In this document: piece after piece, positions 12,115-22,725 of the stretch
How the letters are laid out: every line of letters begins with the position of its first letter
Position numbering within the stretch: the stretch's first letter is position 1
Assembly: GCA_016188295.1 (NCBI GenBank)
Contig: JACPIA010000004.1
Location: 42,478-106,477, forward strand
From: Candidatus Vogelbacteria bacterium
GTDB lineage: Bacteria; Patescibacteriota; Minisyncoccia; Phycocordibacterales; XYD1-FULL-46-19
DNA length: 64,000 nucleotides
Direction: 5' to 3'
Made by a program: the position numbers and the translations under genes
Notes under the pieces: model-generated
Told to the model about the DNA's origin: nothing
The model's input: the letters and a program-made list of their open reading frames with translations, nothing else
Databases searched by the model: none

Positions 12115-12322
12115 AGGACATGTCCTATAGAGACCTTTATAATTAGCCCTAGTTTAAGCTAAATGGGTTTTGGTTGGTTGTTGGCTAATTCAAGTCAGTT
12201 AAATTTATCTTGACTTTATTGACTTAGTGTAATAGTAATAATCTGAATATAGCTCTTTTTTGACATAGCTCTTTTTGGGAAGTTTGCCTTTTTATTGATT
12301 AGTTAAAGGATTTTCTAAAAAG

Positions 12323-13822
12323 ATGCTGGCAAAATCAGCTAATTTTACTCTCACCAATAAAACCCTAACTTTAGGGTTAATTGTCGTGTTGGCTGGTGTC
12401 TTGACTTGGTCGTTAGTTTGGCCGGTCGTAGTTCAAGCGGCGGAATTGACCGCCGAGGAAAATACCTTTACTACTACGGCGCTACCACCAGTCGATGATC
12501 CTGATGATTCTCCTGATTCAGTGGAATTGGTCGATACGGAAAACACTTTTAGCACTCAAGCTGAAGGTGGCGAGCCGGCTGAGTCAACTGTTGGCGGGGA
12601 AAATTCTTTCACCACCGCTCAAGTATTGATTGTTTTGCCGGCGGTGGGTATTGAGAGATCATTCACCACTACTAACGCCAACGCCCCGTCAGCGTTTGTT
12701 ATCAGCGCTGAATCGTCATTTACTACCACGAGCACTACTAGCGGCAACGGGACTAAAGAAATTATCTCGGCTGAACAGTCATTTACTACTAGTGTTGATG
12801 GCGGTGGCGGAGGCGAGACTGAAGAGGTGGTCTCTGGCGAGTCGAGCTTTACCACCACTAATAACGGTGGAACCGCGACTAATCGAGTAATTTCGACGGA
12901 GCAGAATTTTACCACTTCATCTGGTGATAATGATGATGATACGGACGATGACACTGATAATGGTGGTGGCGGTGGTGGTCATCGACGGCGTCCGCCAGTC
13001 GAATTGCCGGCCCAATGTTCGCCGTATCTGCTTAAATTTATAAAATGGGGGGCTAATAATGATCCACTAGAGGTCCGCAAATTACAGTATTTTTTGCGCG
13101 ACTTTGAGGGTTTTACTGATATCCAAGTAACCGGTATTTATGATCGAGCTACTTACGAGGCGGTAACTATTTTCCAAAAACGTTATATTAACGATGTGCT
13201 CTCGCCGTGGGGTATCATTGACTCGACGGGTTATGTATACATTACGACCACTTTAAAAATAAATTACATCGTCTGCGGTATTGAGCGACCGATCGCTTTA
13301 GATCTCCGCGAGCGTTATCGAGTTGCTTTAGAGCGCGGTGGCGAATTTAATCTTGATGAATTAGTAGCTACTACTACCACATCAACCACTACCGCCCCGG
13401 TTAAGGCTGGATTTCTCCAAGCGGCCGCTGTGGCTTTGCTTGATTTTGCCAAGTGGCTAAATTGGTGTTACTTGTTGTCGCTGTTACTTTTAATCGTCAG
13501 TGTTATCCTGATGCTGTTGTGGCGAGAAACTAGGCGTGAGCGCGATAAGGCGCGAAGGGAAAAAGAGTTAGCTCAAGCCTTATTGACGGCGGTCACGCGT
13601 GATCATACCGATACCGCTAATGATGCGATGCCGATGTCTGAGGCTTTATTATCCTCCAGTCTGTTCCATCCCGCTCCGCTTGATGAGGAGGAACCGGAAT
13701 TGCCTCTTGAATCATCTATAGAGGCAGAACCAGTTTTGGATGAGAATTTGGATGAAGCGGTGGCCGAGTGGCAGGAGATACCGGAGTCTGAAGCCGTCGA
13801 CGACAAATTGACAAGCAACTAA
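12323..13822 (+). CDS. secreted/membrane-anchored protein: signal peptide, 8 tandem ~22-aa repeats with core E-x-(S/N)FTT, peptidoglycan-binding (PG_binding_1-like) domain, C-terminal TM helix and acidic cytoplasmic tail
   Basis: repeats ENTFTT/ENTFST/ENSFTT/ERSFTT/ESSFTT/EQSFTT/ESSFTT/EQNFTT; PG-binding-like LQYFLRDFEGFTDIQVTGIYDRATYEAVTIFQKRY; TM WLNWCYLLSLLLLIVSVILMLLW. Confidence 0.65.
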   Translation: MLAKSANFTLTNKTLTLGLIVVLAGVLTWSLVWPVVVQAAELTAEENTFTTTALPPVDDPDDSPDSVELVDTENTFSTQAEGGEPAESTVGGENSFTTAQVLIVLPAVGIERSFTTTNANAPSAFVISAESSFTTTSTTSGNGTKEIISAEQSFTTSVDGGGGGETEEVVSGESSFTTTNNGGTATNRVISTEQNFTTSSGDNDDDTDDDTDNGGGGGGHRRRPPVELPAQCSPYLLKFIKWGANNDPLEVRKLQYFLRDFEGFTDIQVTGIYDRATYEAVTIFQKRYINDVLSPWGIIDSTGYVYITTTLKINYIVCGIERPIALDLRERYRVALERGGEFNLDELVATTTTSTTTAPVKAGFLQAAAVALLDFAKWLNWCYLLSLLLLIVSVILMLLWRETRRERDKARREKELAQALLTAVTRDHTDTANDAMPMSEALLSSSLFHPAPLDEEEPELPLESSIEAEPVLDENLDEAVAEWQEIPESEAVDDKLTSN

Positions 13823-13950
13823 AGGTCTGGTAGTAATCAAATCAGGAGGACTCAAAACAAAGTATTGCTTTGACTTTTGAGAGCCAACATTTCTGCACCC
13901 TGTCGGCGTGGAGATGTAGTGAGAACTTTGTAAACAGAAGGAGAGATGAG

Positions 13951-15582
13951 ATGAAGATGCGATTGGTATTACCAGCACTGGTCGCTCTGGCTAGTGTACT
14001 GGTCGGGTGTCCGGATGATCGGATTATCACTATTACTTGGAACGGTGATCCGATTACGGTTGGTCCACAATTGGGCGGCACCGGCGGTGTTATTGAGGTG
14101 AATGGTGTGACGATTGAATCGGCCGTGGCCGATTACACCTTCACTCACCCCGCTCTGGCGGGAGTGATCGGTCATATCGATTTGGCTACCGGCACTCCGT
14201 CGGTTGACGCAGTGCCGACTGATAAAAGTGGCGACGTGATCGCTATTGCCCTTATCACCATTGGCGCTTTTATCGATCTGGCGGGCGAGCAACATGTTTT
14301 CCCATATTTCGACAATAACGCCACTAGTGGCGCGGTATTCGTGCCGTTTGGTCCGGGCCTTGAGACGGCTGTTGTAAAACTGGGTCTTAGCGACAGTAGT
14401 GAGCGGCTTATTGTTTTGGTGGCCGCCGCCGAAGATCAGTTTGACAGCGATGGTGACGGTTTGCCGGATGGATGGGAAAATTGTGCTGGACTCAACGCCA
14501 ACAGTCCAACACCACCCAATGGCAACGCCAGCGATCCTGACGGCGATGGCTTAACTAACTGGGTTGAATTTATCCATTGGTCTCGTCCGATCGAATGGCT
14601 AAGTTGTAGTGATGGGCCGATTGGGCCTAATCCGCTCGATGCGGATTCGGATGATGACGGTTTCGATGATGGCGAAGAAGTGGATGAGGGGACGGATCCG
14701 ACGGATCCGGATGATTATCCCATCACGCCGCCAGACCTGGTAGTAGAATTATCATTTACTCAGACCAATCCGAGTGATTCAGCTATACGAGTAAATGAGA
14801 ATTTGATTTTTACGGCCACAGTAACTGGAGCCGTATCGGATCAGGAACTGGACTTTGACTGGTCGGTTGATGAACAGATTGTGCCATCAACGGGTGCAGT
14901 GTTGATTACTAGTTTCAATATCGCTGGCGATCACTCGGTAACGGTAACCGTCACCGATGGTCTCCAACGATCGGTTACGGACACTCGATCATTTGAGGTG
15001 ATGAATAGTGTTTCTGATAATTTTCAGGTGCACTTATTAATCAGCCCAATCAGGAGTGTCTATGTGGTTGGCGACAGGGTTCAGATTACCGCTACTCCAT
15101 CTAATGCCGTTGGTAGTGTCAGTTACCGTTGGTTCCTTAATGGGACTGAACTGACTGGATTGAATAGCTCTAATCCGATCCTGTCTTGGGTTTTCGTTAA
15201 CGCAAACCCACAAGATAAAGTCTTTAAAGTAATAGCGAAAGATGCTTCGGACTTGGTAGCTGAAGCAAATCTAGTTGTTACTGTGAGAATTAAGGTGCCG
15301 GCGACAATTAGGATCACCTCGCCGATTCCGGTGGGATCAAGTAATCCTACTTTCAATCCCGGCGAAACAATTGAGTTAAGTGCTGAGGTTGGAGGGGATA
15401 TACCACCAGATGCTTTTGTGAACTGGTTTACACCATGGGCTACTCACCCATCGGGTTTGGATACTAGTGTGGTAGTTCCTAATCTATTAGGTTCGAACTA
15501 CCTCTACGTCTTTTTGCGGTCAGCGGATAATACCATTTTGGCTTCGGATAGGGTCTGGATCCAAATTGATCCGGCTGATTAA
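13951..15582 (+). CDS. lipoprotein with thrombospondin-type-3-like Ca-binding Asp-rich repeats and PKD/Ig-like domains
   Basis: AGGAG RBS 7 nt before ATG 13951; lipobox LVG|C; DSDGDGLPDGWEN, DPDGDGLTNW, DADSDDDGFDDGEEVDEGTDPTDPDD; PKD-like FDWSVDE / YRWFLNG blocks. Confidence 0.7.
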   Translation: MKMRLVLPALVALASVLVGCPDDRIITITWNGDPITVGPQLGGTGGVIEVNGVTIESAVADYTFTHPALAGVIGHIDLATGTPSVDAVPTDKSGDVIAIALITIGAFIDLAGEQHVFPYFDNNATSGAVFVPFGPGLETAVVKLGLSDSSERLIVLVAAAEDQFDSDGDGLPDGWENCAGLNANSPTPPNGNASDPDGDGLTNWVEFIHWSRPIEWLSCSDGPIGPNPLDADSDDDGFDDGEEVDEGTDPTDPDDYPITPPDLVVELSFTQTNPSDSAIRVNENLIFTATVTGAVSDQELDFDWSVDEQIVPSTGAVLITSFNIAGDHSVTVTVTDGLQRSVTDTRSFEVMNSVSDNFQVHLLISPIRSVYVVGDRVQITATPSNAVGSVSYRWFLNGTELTGLNSSNPILSWVFVNANPQDKVFKVIAKDASDLVAEANLVVTVRIKVPATIRITSPIPVGSSNPTFNPGETIELSAEVGGDIPPDAFVNWFTPWATHPSGLDTSVVVPNLLGSNYLYVFLRSADNTILASDRVWIQIDPAD

Positions 15583-15632
15583 ATTGCTTCCTCACCACCT
15601 CCTCGACCAGCTCCGGATGGATGCTGGTCGAA

Positions 15633-15675
15633 CCCCGGTTTTGTCTCAATGACAGGCCGGGGTTTTTCTTGCATT
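15633..15675 (+). terminator. intrinsic terminator (nested hairpin CCCCGG...CCGGGG + TTTTT)
   Basis: sequence aaccccggttttgtctcaatgacaggccggggttttt. Confidence 0.5.
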
Positions 15676-15773
15676 ATTTTGAGAGGTGTGGTAGTAATAT
15701 GGCAACTTATTGAAGGGTGTCATTATTCGTAAATAAGCCTTATTTTACAAGCTAAATTATCAAATAAATCATT

Positions 15774-16397
15774 ATGTTCAATAAATTTGCTCAAATACTT
15801 ACTTTTAGTCTAGTTTTGGCTATCGTGGTTAGTTCGGTAGTACCGGTTGGGGTTTTGGCTCAAACTGCTCTAGTTGCTAATATCACTGCGCCAGCCAACA
15901 ATAGCACTGTTACCGTTGGTCAGGTAGTTAATTTTACAGCTACAGCATCAGGCGGTACTAGCCCTTACGCTTTTGTGTGGGATTTTGGTGCCGGCTTAAC
16001 TGGTAGTATTAGTCAAAATCCAAGCCAGACTTTTACTACTGCCGGCGCACGGACTATTACTCTAGTCGTAACTGATATTAATGATGTGTCAGTTACCCAA
16101 ACCATCAATCTTACAGTTGCTGATACTAGTAATCCAACCTTAGCGATCTCTAATATCCGGATTGAGAATGTCACTACTTCGGGGGCGACTCTTAAATGGA
16201 CCACCAACTTGCCGTCCACTAGTCGGGTAATTTATGACACCCAGTCTCACTCTACTTTGGGTACTGCCCCTAATTATGATTATGCTAATTCAACCGCTAC
16301 TTCGGATACCGCCACTAAGGTTACTGAACACACTGTCACTCTTTCGGGTTTGAGTGCTAACACCCAATATTTTTTCCGAGTTATTTCCGAAGAGTAA
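15774..16397 (+). CDS. secreted protein with PKD domain and fibronectin type III-like domain
   Basis: signal peptide; PKD motif VVNFTATASGGTSPYAFVWDFGAG; FN3-like ...LKWTTNLPSTSRVIYD...TQYFFRV. Confidence 0.7.
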   Translation: MFNKFAQILTFSLVLAIVVSSVVPVGVLAQTALVANITAPANNSTVTVGQVVNFTATASGGTSPYAFVWDFGAGLTGSISQNPSQTFTTAGARTITLVVTDINDVSVTQTINLTVADTSNPTLAISNIRIENVTTSGATLKWTTNLPSTSRVIYDTQSHSTLGTAPNYDYANSTATSDTATKVTEHTVTLSGLSANTQYFFRVISEE

Positions 16398-16422
16398 GTT
16401 AGATATTACTGACGATTACAAA

Positions 16423-16449
16423 ACCCCTCGCCGAGCGAGGGGTTTTGTT
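16423..16449 (+). terminator. intrinsic terminator (aaCCCCTCGC-cgag-GCGAGGGGtttt)
   Basis: 8-bp GC stem, T-run. Confidence 0.6.
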
Positions 16450-16464
16450 GTACTATAAAAGCTT

Positions 16465-17838
16465 ATGAAGGCGACTATTGGTCTCGAGATTCATACTGAG
16501 CTTAAGACGGTCACTAAGATGTTTTGCCGGTCCAAAAATGATCCGGATGAAAAGCGGCCTAATGTCAATATTTGCCCGATCTGTCTGGCTCACCCCGGCA
16601 CTTTGCCGGTGATCAATCAGGAGGCGGTCAAGCATGTATTGCGTGTCGGTTTAGCGGTTGGTGGACAATTGGCTGATTACACCGAGTTTGATCGCAAAAA
16701 TTATTTTTATCCGGACATTCCCAAGGGTTATCAGATTAGTCAATACCGATATCCGCTTGTTACGGGAGGTTCACTTAAAGGAATTACTTTAACGCGCATT
16801 CATTTAGAGGAGGACACGGCGCGTTCTCAACATGATGCTAAAAGTGGTAGTAGTTTAGTCGATTATAATCGGGCAGGGGTGCCGTTGATGGAGTTGGTTA
16901 CTGAGCCGGTAGTAGAGAGCGCAGCCGAAGCTGGTGCTTTTGCCCGCGAGTGGCAACTTTTATTACGCACCTTAGGAGTTAGTGAGGCTAATATGGAAAA
17001 GGGTGAAATGCGCGTGGAGGCCAATATTTCCCTCGATATGGGTACTAAAGTGGAAGTTAAAAATTTAAACTCCTTTCGCTCAGTGGAACAGGCGATAGGT
17101 TTTGAACTAAAGCGACAAAAAGAAGTTTTAGAAAAAAGGGAAAAAGTGGTCCAAGAGACCCGCGGTTGGGACGAGGTTAAAGGGGTTACCTTTAGTCAGC
17201 GACTTAAAGAGTCGTCACATGATTATCGTTATTTTCCCGATCCTGATTTGCCTAAATTGCGCCTTGGTCAGATTGCCGAGTTTGCTAACTTACAACAAAC
17301 TTTACCAGAGTTACCAGTCGCTAAACGGACCCGTTTAACTAGTTTAGGTCTTAAGCCTGAAGACGTGGAGTTGCTAGTCAGTGATCTAATATTAGGCCTC
17401 TGGTTTGACGAGGTAGTTAAAAATTTATCTCAAGAAGATTCAGTTTTAACGGCGATTAATTACACCACCTCTGATTTGCAGAGTGCTCTCAAGACGGGAG
17501 CTAAATTACCAGAGCCGGCTCACTTTGCTGAGTTGATTAGTCTGATAGTTGGGGGAGAGGTGTCTTCTCGTGGCGCTAAAGATATTTTGGCGGTAATGCT
17601 AACTGATGGGGGTGCACCTCGCGCCATTGCCCAAGCTAAAAACCTATTCCAATCAAGCGATACTGATACCTTGGCTAAAATTATTGAGCAGGTGATTGCT
17701 GATAATGCCACCGTGTTTTCCGATTTTAAATCCGGTAATGATAAAGTATTGCAATTTTTAGTTGGTCAGGGAATGAAGATTAGTGGCGGTAGTGCGAATC
17801 CCCAGCTCTTAATGGATTTATTTAAAGCACGAAGGTAA
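16465..17838 (+). CDS. gatB: Asp/Glu-tRNA amidotransferase subunit B
   Basis: 457 aa; MKATIGLEIHTEL..., full GatB + C-terminal YqeY-like domain. Confidence 0.9.
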   Translation: MKATIGLEIHTELKTVTKMFCRSKNDPDEKRPNVNICPICLAHPGTLPVINQEAVKHVLRVGLAVGGQLADYTEFDRKNYFYPDIPKGYQISQYRYPLVTGGSLKGITLTRIHLEEDTARSQHDAKSGSSLVDYNRAGVPLMELVTEPVVESAAEAGAFAREWQLLLRTLGVSEANMEKGEMRVEANISLDMGTKVEVKNLNSFRSVEQAIGFELKRQKEVLEKREKVVQETRGWDEVKGVTFSQRLKESSHDYRYFPDPDLPKLRLGQIAEFANLQQTLPELPVAKRTRLTSLGLKPEDVELLVSDLILGLWFDEVVKNLSQEDSVLTAINYTTSDLQSALKTGAKLPEPAHFAELISLIVGGEVSSRGAKDILAVMLTDGGAPRAIAQAKNLFQSSDTDTLAKIIEQVIADNATVFSDFKSGNDKVLQFLVGQGMKISGGSANPQLLMDLFKARR

Positions 17839-17868
17839 CTTAATCTACAAATTACAACACATCTTTAC

Positions 17869-18614
17869 CAAAACCAAACATTGAATGTTTAGTTTTGAAA
17901 TGGAAGAACTATTTCTAATTCTTTTATTTTTGCACTACTAGTCTTTACTTCATTTTCGTATTCTTTTTGGTCTGCAAATTGACTCAAGATTAATTCGGTG
18001 TCCAGTAGATTATTCCACCGATTGGTGTCTATATAATCTTGGTAACTAGACCATGGGTATGATTTTTCTTTATTTATCCATTTAGGGTTATCACGGCAAT
18101 TACGGTGAATGTATGTTGAGGCATAAAGTAATTGATCGTTATCTTTGATGCGTACTGATTGGAATCGATTTTGGAATAAGTGACCACTTCCTTTGTATTT
18201 AGTATTAAAATATTTAGTGTAACTATTAGATATTCTCTGCATGTATTTTGATATTCCTCTATCCTCTATTTCCTCGACTAATAAATGGAAATGATTGGGC
18301 AAAAGAGCAAAAGCTTGCAATTTGACTGTCCTTCTATTAAGAATTTTATTATGTTTGTCTTTATCAAAACCAAACATTGAATGTTTGGTGTAGTGGGTAA
18401 TATGGTCACTAATATTGTTAATTGTCTCCGGTGATTGAAAGTAGAGAATCAAGAATAAAAATCTAACCCAATCTCTATTATCGAGAAAAATATCACGTTT
18501 CATTACTCCACGATTGTAGATATGGAATATCTCACTCACAACTAAGTCATCTTTGGGCATCATCATTTATTATATTATCTTTAGAATAAAAACCAAACAT
18601 TCAATGTTTGGTTT
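17869..18614 (-). mobile_element. IS200/IS605-like REP-associated tyrosine transposase (RAYT) element bounded by REP-like palindromes
   Basis: palindrome AAACCAAACATT(G/C)AATGTTTGGTTT at 17869-17897 and 18590-18614 flanking the tnpA ORF, third copy at 18367-18390 inside the CDS. Confidence 0.65.
17889..18566 (-). CDS. REP-associated tyrosine transposase / IS200-like TnpA (HuH Y1 transposase)
   Basis: HuH motif LPNHFHLLV; RAYT-like C-terminal pattern LFQNRFQS...YASTYIHRN...W.SY; N-terminal HIYNRGVMKRDIFLDNRDWVRFL. Confidence 0.75.
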   Translation of the reverse strand: MMMPKDDLVVSEIFHIYNRGVMKRDIFLDNRDWVRFLFLILYFQSPETINNISDHITHYTKHSMFGFDKDKHNKILNRRTVKLQAFALLPNHFHLLVEEIEDRGISKYMQRISNSYTKYFNTKYKGSGHLFQNRFQSVRIKDNDQLLYASTYIHRNCRDNPKWINKEKSYPWSSYQDYIDTNRWNNLLDTELILSQFADQKEYENEVKTSSAKIKELEIVLPFQN

Positions 18615-18663
18615 GAGGGTAGTTTGGTTACTTTATTAAATAAAATTTGGTATCATTATATTA

Positions 18664-19686
18664 ATGAGTATTGTCAGAGTCTCGATAAATGGACTAGGAC
18701 GCATTGGTCGCGCGTTTTTAAAGTTGGCAATTATCAATCCAGACCTTGAGGTGGTGGCGGTTAATGATTTGGCGACGCTAGAAAATTTAGCCTACCTTCT
18801 TAAATATGACAGCGCTTACGGTCACAGTGGTTTAGAAGTGGTGGTTGGTGATGGCGCTTTAATAATTAACGGTAAAAGTATTAAAGTGTTGAGTGAAAAA
18901 GATCCGGCTAAATTACCCTGGCAAAATTTAAAGGTTGACGTAGTGGTCGAGTCCACTGGTATTTTTGAGGAGTATACTAAAGCTAAAGCCCACTTGGATG
19001 CCGGGGCGCGTAAAGTGGTTATTACCGCTCCGGCTAAAGGGGAATCGGTAGCTGGGGTCCAAAGTGGTACAGTGTTAATGGGTATTAATGAGGCTAACTT
19101 AGCGACTTGCCAGATTAGTTCTAATGGCTCTTGTACCACCAATTCGGCCAGTCCCTTAATCCAAATTTTAGATGAAGCGATTGGGATTGATAAGGCTATT
19201 TTAAACACTGTTCATGGTTATACTGCCAGTCAAAGATTAGTCGATGGCCCGGATGTCAAAGATTTCCGCCGCGGCCGAGCCGCGGCGGTCAATATCGTTC
19301 CCTCTACCACCGGGGCGGCTATCGCCGTGACCGAGGCCATTACTCAATTAGCAGGTAAATTTGATGGGGTAGCGATCCGGGTACCGGTAGTCACTGGCTC
19401 AATTGTCGATGTTACCTTTATTACTAAACGGCCAACTACCGTGGTTGAGATTAATAATGCTTTACAGCAAGCGGCTAGCGCCCCACGTTGGCAAAAGTGG
19501 TTTGCGGTGACCAATGAACCACTCGTTTCTTCCGACATTGTGGGCAATCCCTACGCCTCATTAGTTGATTTAAATTTAACTAGAGTGGTGGGGGGAAATT
19601 TAGTTAAAGTGTTGGCCTGGTATGATAATGAACTGGGGTACACCCACACTCTCATTGATCACGTCATCAAAACCGGCCAAATTTAA
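18664..19686 (+). CDS. gap: glyceraldehyde-3-phosphate dehydrogenase
   Basis: INGLGRIGR NAD-binding motif, catalytic SNGSCTTNSASP. Confidence 0.9.
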   Translation: MSIVRVSINGLGRIGRAFLKLAIINPDLEVVAVNDLATLENLAYLLKYDSAYGHSGLEVVVGDGALIINGKSIKVLSEKDPAKLPWQNLKVDVVVESTGIFEEYTKAKAHLDAGARKVVITAPAKGESVAGVQSGTVLMGINEANLATCQISSNGSCTTNSASPLIQILDEAIGIDKAILNTVHGYTASQRLVDGPDVKDFRRGRAAAVNIVPSTTGAAIAVTEAITQLAGKFDGVAIRVPVVTGSIVDVTFITKRPTTVVEINNALQQAASAPRWQKWFAVTNEPLVSSDIVGNPYASLVDLNLTRVVGGNLVKVLAWYDNELGYTHTLIDHVIKTGQI

Positions 19687-19689
19687 ATA

Positions 19690-20154
19690 ATGAAAATTTT
19701 TTTGGGGGCAGATCATGCGGGATTTGAGTTAAAAGAGGAGCTTAAAATTTGGCTCAAAGGGCTAGGTTATGAAGTGTTTGACGAGGGCGCGTTTGAGAAA
19801 AAAGAGCAAGACGATTACCCCGCCATAATGCGGATAGTAGCCCAACAAATTATCGCTAATTCGGACAGCCTTGGTATTATTTTGGGTGGTTCAGGACAAG
19901 GCGAAGCAATGGTGGCTAATCGAATACGGGGAGTCCGGGCCGCCGTTTACTACGGCGGCCCGGAGGAGATTATTCAATTATCCCGATCGCACAATAACGC
20001 TAATATTTTGTCGTTGGGTGCGCGTTTTATTACTACTGACGAAGCTAAACAGGCGGTTAAGTTGTGGTTGGAGACACCCTTCTCCGACAAGGAGCGACAT
20101 ACACGCCGCGTGGCTCAATTTGATTGTGCTAATTCTAATTTACCTGATTTTTAA
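19690..20154 (+). CDS. rpiB: ribose-5-phosphate isomerase B
   Basis: MKIFLGADHAGFELKEELK..., RpiB/LacA fold length 154 aa. Confidence 0.85.
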   Translation: MKIFLGADHAGFELKEELKIWLKGLGYEVFDEGAFEKKEQDDYPAIMRIVAQQIIANSDSLGIILGGSGQGEAMVANRIRGVRAAVYYGGPEEIIQLSRSHNNANILSLGARFITTDEAKQAVKLWLETPFSDKERHTRRVAQFDCANSNLPDF

Positions 20155-20156
20155 TT

Positions 20157-20798
20157 ATGGTTGAGATTGTCCCGTCGATTATTGGTCGCTCTTTTGCTGA
20201 TATTCAAGCTAAAATTACCACGCTTGAGGGTTTAACTACTTGGGCTCAATTAGATATTGCCGACGGCCACTTTGTTGACAATACCACTTGGCAAACGCCA
20301 GACGATTTAGAGTTTGTTAATGGTCAGTTAAAATTAGAGGCGCATTTAATGGTCGAGCAACCCGAGGAGGTGGTAGCCGCGTGGTTGGCGGTAGTTGATC
20401 GTTTAATCATTCACTATGAGTCGACCGACAATTTAGATGAGATTATTAGTGCCGCCTCCACTCGACGAGTAGAGGTGGGGATAGCTCTATTACTGGAGAC
20501 ACCACTGGATTTGGTCCGACCATGGCTCGATAAAGTCAAAGTGATACAATTGATGGGTATTAAGCGCCTTGGATTTTATGGGGAGGCGTTTAATGAAGGT
20601 GTGTTAGAACGGATTATTACGCTCCGCTCGTGGTGGCCGCATGGTATAATTGCGGTTGATGGTGGTATTGGTGCGGATACCGCGCCGCAAGTGCTCGCGG
20701 TTGGTGCTAATCGATTAGTGATTGGCTCGGCCATTTGGCAAAGCGACGATCTAAAAAAAGCACTTAAGCATTTCCAATCTCTAACTTCCAATTTCTAA
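20157..20798 (+). CDS. rpe: ribulose-phosphate 3-epimerase-like
   Basis: PSII..F....L..DIADGHFV.N, HLMV, VDGGI...GA...V.GSAI pattern. Confidence 0.65.
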   Translation: MVEIVPSIIGRSFADIQAKITTLEGLTTWAQLDIADGHFVDNTTWQTPDDLEFVNGQLKLEAHLMVEQPEEVVAAWLAVVDRLIIHYESTDNLDEIISAASTRRVEVGIALLLETPLDLVRPWLDKVKVIQLMGIKRLGFYGEAFNEGVLERIITLRSWWPHGIIAVDGGIGADTAPQVLAVGANRLVIGSAIWQSDDLKKALKHFQSLTSNF

Positions 20799-20804
20799 AA
20801 TCAA

Positions 20805-21674
20805 ATGGATCATCTAACTGATGAAAAAATTTTGAGTCTAATCGCACAGGCTAATCAGATACGCCAATCGATTATTGAGATGCTTTTGGTCGCTGGCTCC
20901 GGGCACACTGCCGGACCCTTGGGGATGGCCGATATTTTTACTTATTTATACTTTCATAAATTAAAGCATAATCCTAAACAGCCAGATTGGCCGGAGCGGG
21001 ATCGCTTGGTACTCTCAAATGGTCACATCTGCCCGGTATTGTACGCTACTATGGCGCATGCCGGCTACTTTCCGCTCGCTGATTTAACAACCTTACGTAA
21101 GTTAGGCAGTAAGTTGCAGGGTCATCCTCATCGCGAGTGGTTGCCAGCTTTAGAAACGAGCTCTGGGCCGTTGGGGACAGGACTCTCGCAAGCGGTGGGT
21201 ATGGCTTTGGCACTTAAGCTTGATCAAGGTCGCACTAGTGAACAAATGGTTTATTGTTTAATGAGTGATGGTGAGTTTGAGTGCGGTAATACTTGGGAGG
21301 CCATGATGTTGGCGGGTAAACAAGGCTTTCATAATTTGGTGGTGATTATTGATCGGAATAATATTCAAATCAGTGGTTTTACCGAGGAGGTGATGCCACT
21401 GGAACCGCTTAGAACTAAATTAGAATCTTTTAATTGGCATGTGATCGAGATTGATGGCCACAATTTTGAAGCGATTGACGCCGCGGTCGGTCAAGCTAAA
21501 GCGGTGTTTAATAAACCGACGGCCATTATTGCTCACACTATCCCAGGTAAAGGGGTGGCTGACTTTGAGCGTCGCTTTGAATGGCATGGCAAACCACCAA
21601 ACGCGGCGGAAGGAAAAATGGCGTTAAAAGAGTTACGTACTTTGGGTGGTAAAATTAAATCCGAGCATGAGTAG
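20805..21674 (+). CDS. transketolase, N-terminal (TPP-binding) subunit
   Basis: split transketolase; GHTAGPLGMADI..., TPP-binding GDG motif region. Confidence 0.85.
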   Translation: MDHLTDEKILSLIAQANQIRQSIIEMLLVAGSGHTAGPLGMADIFTYLYFHKLKHNPKQPDWPERDRLVLSNGHICPVLYATMAHAGYFPLADLTTLRKLGSKLQGHPHREWLPALETSSGPLGTGLSQAVGMALALKLDQGRTSEQMVYCLMSDGEFECGNTWEAMMLAGKQGFHNLVVIIDRNNIQISGFTEEVMPLEPLRTKLESFNWHVIEIDGHNFEAIDAAVGQAKAVFNKPTAIIAHTIPGKGVADFERRFEWHGKPPNAAEGKMALKELRTLGGKIKSEHE

Positions 21675-22671
21675 TCAAAATCATTTAACTAAGGAGCAAA
21701 AATTAAACTCAAAATTATTTGAGCTTTCTGTCGAGCAAGTACCGATCCGGAGTGGTTTTGGCGAGGGCTTAGTCCTAGCAGCTGATGAAGATAGAAATAT
21801 TGTCGGTCTGTGTGCCGATTTAGTCGAGTCGACTAAGATGCTCGCTTTTGCGGAAAAATATCCAGAGCGCTTTATTGAGCTGGGGGTGGCCGAGCAAAAT
21901 TTAGCCGGGGTGGCCTCGGGGTTGGCGGCCATGGGTAAAATCCCATTTATTACCTCATACGCGATGTTTAGCCCGGGGCGCAATTGGGAGCAAATTAGAA
22001 CGACTATCACTTACAATAATCGGCCGGTTAAAATCGTCGGCTCACATGCTGGCGTCTCGGTGGGACCCGACGGGGGGACGCATCAAGCGCTTGAAGATAT
22101 TGCGATTATGCGAGTGTTGCCTCGGATGATGGTGGTGGTGCCATGTGATGCTTTAGAGGCTAACCGAGCCACACGGGCGATCGCTAAGACCAACGATCCC
22201 ACTTATTTAAGATTAGCACGAGAAAAGACACCAATTATTACCACCAACGACTCACTATTTAAATTAGGCCAAGCTAATATGTTGTGGGAAGATGAAAAAC
22301 CGGCAGTGGTGATTATTGCTTGTGGACCGCTAGTCTACAATGCTTTGCAAGCGGCGCGGAAATTATTGCCCGAGGGTGTAGGTGTGACGGTGATCAATAA
22401 TCACACTATTAAACCATTAGATAACAAAACTATTTTAAGTGAAGTGAAACGAACTGGCGCGGTGGTGACGGTAGAAGAACATCAACAAGCCGGTGGCTTA
22501 GGTAGTGCGGTGGCTGAATTGCTGGCCACTAATTATCCGGTGCCGATGGAGTTTGTGGGGGTCAAAGATGAGTACGGTCAGTCAGGGACGCCAGCCGAAT
22601 TGATTGAAAAATACGAATTGGGAACCGAGGCGATTATTGAAGCGGTGCAGAAAGTGCTAACTCGAAAGTAG
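21646..22671 (+). CDS. transketolase, C-terminal (pyrimidine-binding/C-term) subunit
   Basis: 341 aa, overlaps N-subunit gene; typical transketolase C-half. Confidence 0.85.
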   Translation: MVKLNPSMSSQNHLTKEQKLNSKLFELSVEQVPIRSGFGEGLVLAADEDRNIVGLCADLVESTKMLAFAEKYPERFIELGVAEQNLAGVASGLAAMGKIPFITSYAMFSPGRNWEQIRTTITYNNRPVKIVGSHAGVSVGPDGGTHQALEDIAIMRVLPRMMVVVPCDALEANRATRAIAKTNDPTYLRLAREKTPIITTNDSLFKLGQANMLWEDEKPAVVIIACGPLVYNALQAARKLLPEGVGVTVINNHTIKPLDNKTILSEVKRTGAVVTVEEHQQAGGLGSAVAELLATNYPVPMEFVGVKDEYGQSGTPAELIEKYELGTEAIIEAVQKVLTRK

Positions 22672-22725
22672 TTTACATTTTAATACTTTTTCAATACCCA
22701 TATTTTTACGTCGAATCTTGATTGT